64,000 nt of DNA from Psammoneis japonica (Eukaryota): NCBI GenBank assembly GCA_008632985.1, contig QPGO01000145.1, positions 1-64,000 on the forward strand, read 5' to 3'. This document shows positions 61,233 through 64,000 of this stretch, piece after piece. A program made the position numbers and the translations under genes. Under the pieces are notes generated by a model, which searched no databases, was not told the origin of the DNA, and was given only the letters and a program-made list of their open reading frames with translations. Each line of letters begins with the position of its first letter. Positions within the stretch are counted from its first letter, which is position 1.

Positions 61233-64000
61233 TTAAGGATCTAGTGTGATTCTTCTTCGCGATGATCTCCTTGACCTCTCGCTGCTGCGACGGCTCAACA
61301 AGTTTTCGTTCTCGACACGTCGAATATACGACTCCAGGATGAATCTCCCCTTTTCAATCCACTCTTGCCTATTCTTGAGAGCGTAACCAAGATATTCCTC
61401 GCCAGCTGTGCCAAACACTCCACATTCTTCAGGCGCTTCGCCAAGGAATAATGTAAAAGTCAAAAAAGCCGAGCTCATTTTCGTACCAATCCACCCTTGG
61501 ATCGACATTAGTCATGCCAGCAGCAAAGGCGGCGATTCGTTCGTAAAAGAACTTTTCATTCCACTTGATATAAACCATCCATGTTGCATTGTATGCGCAA
61601 CGTCGGACGCCAGCATGATTTGTTCTAAAACAGCAGTGGCCCTAAAACTGACGTCCACATTGCAAGCTCTTCGGCAGATTTGTTTCGCCATTTCCTTTCC
61701 CATTCCGGCATGTTGCAAAAAGCTTCGTTCCACCGTTTCTTCTCCTTTTCCATGCGCTTCTTGTCTGCAATGTCGGTGGCAATAATCATATGAATAAGCA
61801 ATTGTTTGAAGCGCTGTCTATCGGCATTGTTCCCAAAGATGCATTTACGAAGAGTGGGAAAGTCCGGTTCCATTAACAACTCCCACGCCACGTGGATCGA
61901 GTTTTGCTCAGCGACACTGATATTGTGAAACTTGGCAGCAAAATCTGGTTTCACCTTGATTAACTCGGCGTTTGTAATGCCAAAATGGTCGACATCATGA
62001 ACAAGAGCCGCAAAGACGACGGCAAACTGCGCGAGGGGGTCCGAGCTGATACCAAACGTCTTGAAAAAGAGATCGATTTGCGCCTCCTCGTCTTCTTTGG
62101 TCTTGGCCGGTCCGTGAGTCTTCCTAGCTGTACAAATACGCTTCATCAGCTTGCTGGCCGACAACGTCACATGACTTGCATGATCAAAGTTATGGAAAGG
62201 TACATTTCTGTACATGGACGCAACACAAGCCACGTAAAACGTAAGCTCTTCTGAAGCAGCCTCTGGTATAGACATGATCCGCCCCGTGGTTTCCATTGGA
62301 TCTGTCATTCTCGTTCTGTAGCTTTCAAAAGAAACTTCGTCTGTCATTTCGTCTACAACCAGAAAGTTTGAGTCAGTTTCGTCGGAGGCGCTAAACGACC
62401 CGGCCGACGGCATGGTCGAACGATGAGTTTCATCGGAGGAGGAGGATTCCTCCAAATCTGAAACTCGCTGCTCGCCACTCGTTCCATAAAACTGACGATG
62501 AACCATGACTTTGAGAAGCAGATCCTCCAGAACCGCAGAGTTCCATCTAATTAAGCGATCCAGATCCTGTTGATTCGATGAAAATGCGCGCGTGGAGTTG
62601 CCTCTTGGTGGCACAGCTGGTTTGTCGACAACGTCCTTCTCTTCTACCGGCCCCGGTCGAGATTGTGCGAGTGGCCGTCGTTCATTTGGACTCGAATCAA
62701 GGCCATAGCGCGAGCTCATATTTGTGCGGATCCAGTAGGCTTTGCAGGCGGCAACAAAAACAGTTCAAATTAGTCACAGAAAACGACTTTTAACGCAGAA
62801 AGACACGGCAACAACTCACTTTGAATCTCCCCCTTCCCCTTTGCAATAACAATATCTGGACGCTTTATTAACCAATGCTCTTTTCCCGCTTCTCTCAACA
62901 ATGCGGCAGTATCTGGTGAAACCTGGATCATATTTGTCTTTCCTTGTGACTCCATTCGACTGGCGGTGTTCATTGTGTCCCCAAAAAGCTGAAATCGACT
63001 CTTCTCTCCCCTGAGAACTCCACCCGTAACAGCGCCGCTATGCATGCCAATGCGCAACCCCAATGCCGCAGTACCAGGCCCCAGAGTAAGTTCCAGCTCC
63101 TTCGTTAGTTCCACAAACTTGACAAGGCACCGTTGAGCAAATCGAGCCATGATGACCGCGTGGTCCTTTTGAGGATCAGGCAAGCCAGTCGCAGCCACAT
63201 AGCAGTCACCAATGGTTTCAATCTTGAACACACCATACTTCTTGGCTTCAAGATCAAACTCTCGATAAATGTTTTCCAGCAGAACAAATACCTGTGAAGG
63301 TTCTCGTTCGGAACTCCATGCTGTGAATCCCGCAATATCCGCAAACAGAATCGTGGTTGCTGTAAACATGTCGGCGATAGGATCACTCTGGCTCGGTGAA
63401 ACCGAACTTGACATGCTGCTGGAGCGGTTTTCTGCCGACGCTAATGGACTGACGCCGGGAGACGAAGTCGGCCGTTTCAAGTATCTCTTGAGACGACCAG
63501 CGCTCTCGCGACCACTGGGCGAGGACGGTGAAATGCTCGTTGGATCCGCTTCTGATATCAGACGCTCCCGAACGTTGCGTGGGAAGAGTTGTTCGACAAT
63601 CCTATTGTTCTGGTAGGCCACTTTCAGTGCCTCTGCCTGTCGACTCTGTACGATGCAGCTGTAAAACATAAATGTAGATGCAACCAAAAAGAAGACGAGT
63701 GCCACGATTGCAGCATAAATCGCAGGTTGATTCGATGTGTATTGTGACTTGAGGAACGAGCTGGGATAGATGCGGATTGTGTATGTTGTTGCAGTGTCGT
63801 TTCTGAGGCCATCCGTGGGCGAGTCCCCTGGTGATATCTGACGGCTGCTATCAACCAGTCCATCGTTTGGGACGGTAGGAATGTCGTAGGTATAAGTCAC
63901 TTCCTTGTTATCAAATTTGTCATCATGAAGATCAACAGGTCCAAGAAAGACTGCGCGATTGCCATTCAGTTCAAAGGTAAACTTCAAACCACTACCGCTA
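61233..64000 (-). CDS. Receptor-type class III nucleotidyl cyclase fused to a class I phosphodiesterase (5' end outside the window; intron 62740-62819; indels near the 3' end)
   Basis: TM helix, TILFADIAGFTAWSS, KIETIGDCYVA, RFQLFGDTMNTASRMES, KGKGEIQ|TYW; PDE motifs FHNFDHASHV, HDVDH, IATDI, ASDVAHTMQH. Confidence 0.9.

Noticed and set aside
61400..61680. PDE C-terminus frameshifts as real gene disruption
   Set aside because: Restoring one base in short runs (cat-tgg, cct-ttg, ctg-gaa) recovers HTMQHW, FDFYIIPLAKRL and ECGVFG, so probably sequencing error. The same probably applies to the BTB gene near 55415.

Overview
Eukaryotic DNA with GT-AG introns, most likely from a pennate diatom (inferred from bipartite-type plastid signals, an MGDG synthase, a cyclase-PDE fusion, copia relics and a Ngaro/DIRS-type element). 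Intact host genes: two convergent G8/CEMIP-like paralogs, an LRR protein, an IQ-motif protein, a cathepsin D-like protease, a TOM1-like protein, a Crinkler-like nuclease-kinase, a patatin, MGDG synthase, a fatty-acid desaturase, Cgr1, a BTB-discoidin protein, an M8 metalloprotease with microexons, GPCAT and a cyclase-PDE. These alternate with sharply bounded blocks of transposon or duplicate DNA (about 9.2-10.6, 16-33.3, 38.1-41.2, 43.1-44.9, 47.5-49.2 and 58.8-60.0 kb). The main observation is that these blocks have lost TpA as well as CpG. Comparisons of duplicated copies inside the window show TpA->TpG/CpA (A->G on either strand) alongside CpG->TpG/CpA. This points to a repeat-targeted, RIP-like hypermutation running opposite to fungal RIP. 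It has converted the catalytic Tyr of a retrotransposon recombinase and the RT YVDD motif to Cys. Several frameshifts in host genes look like homopolymer sequencing errors. All alignments and counts were done by eye.
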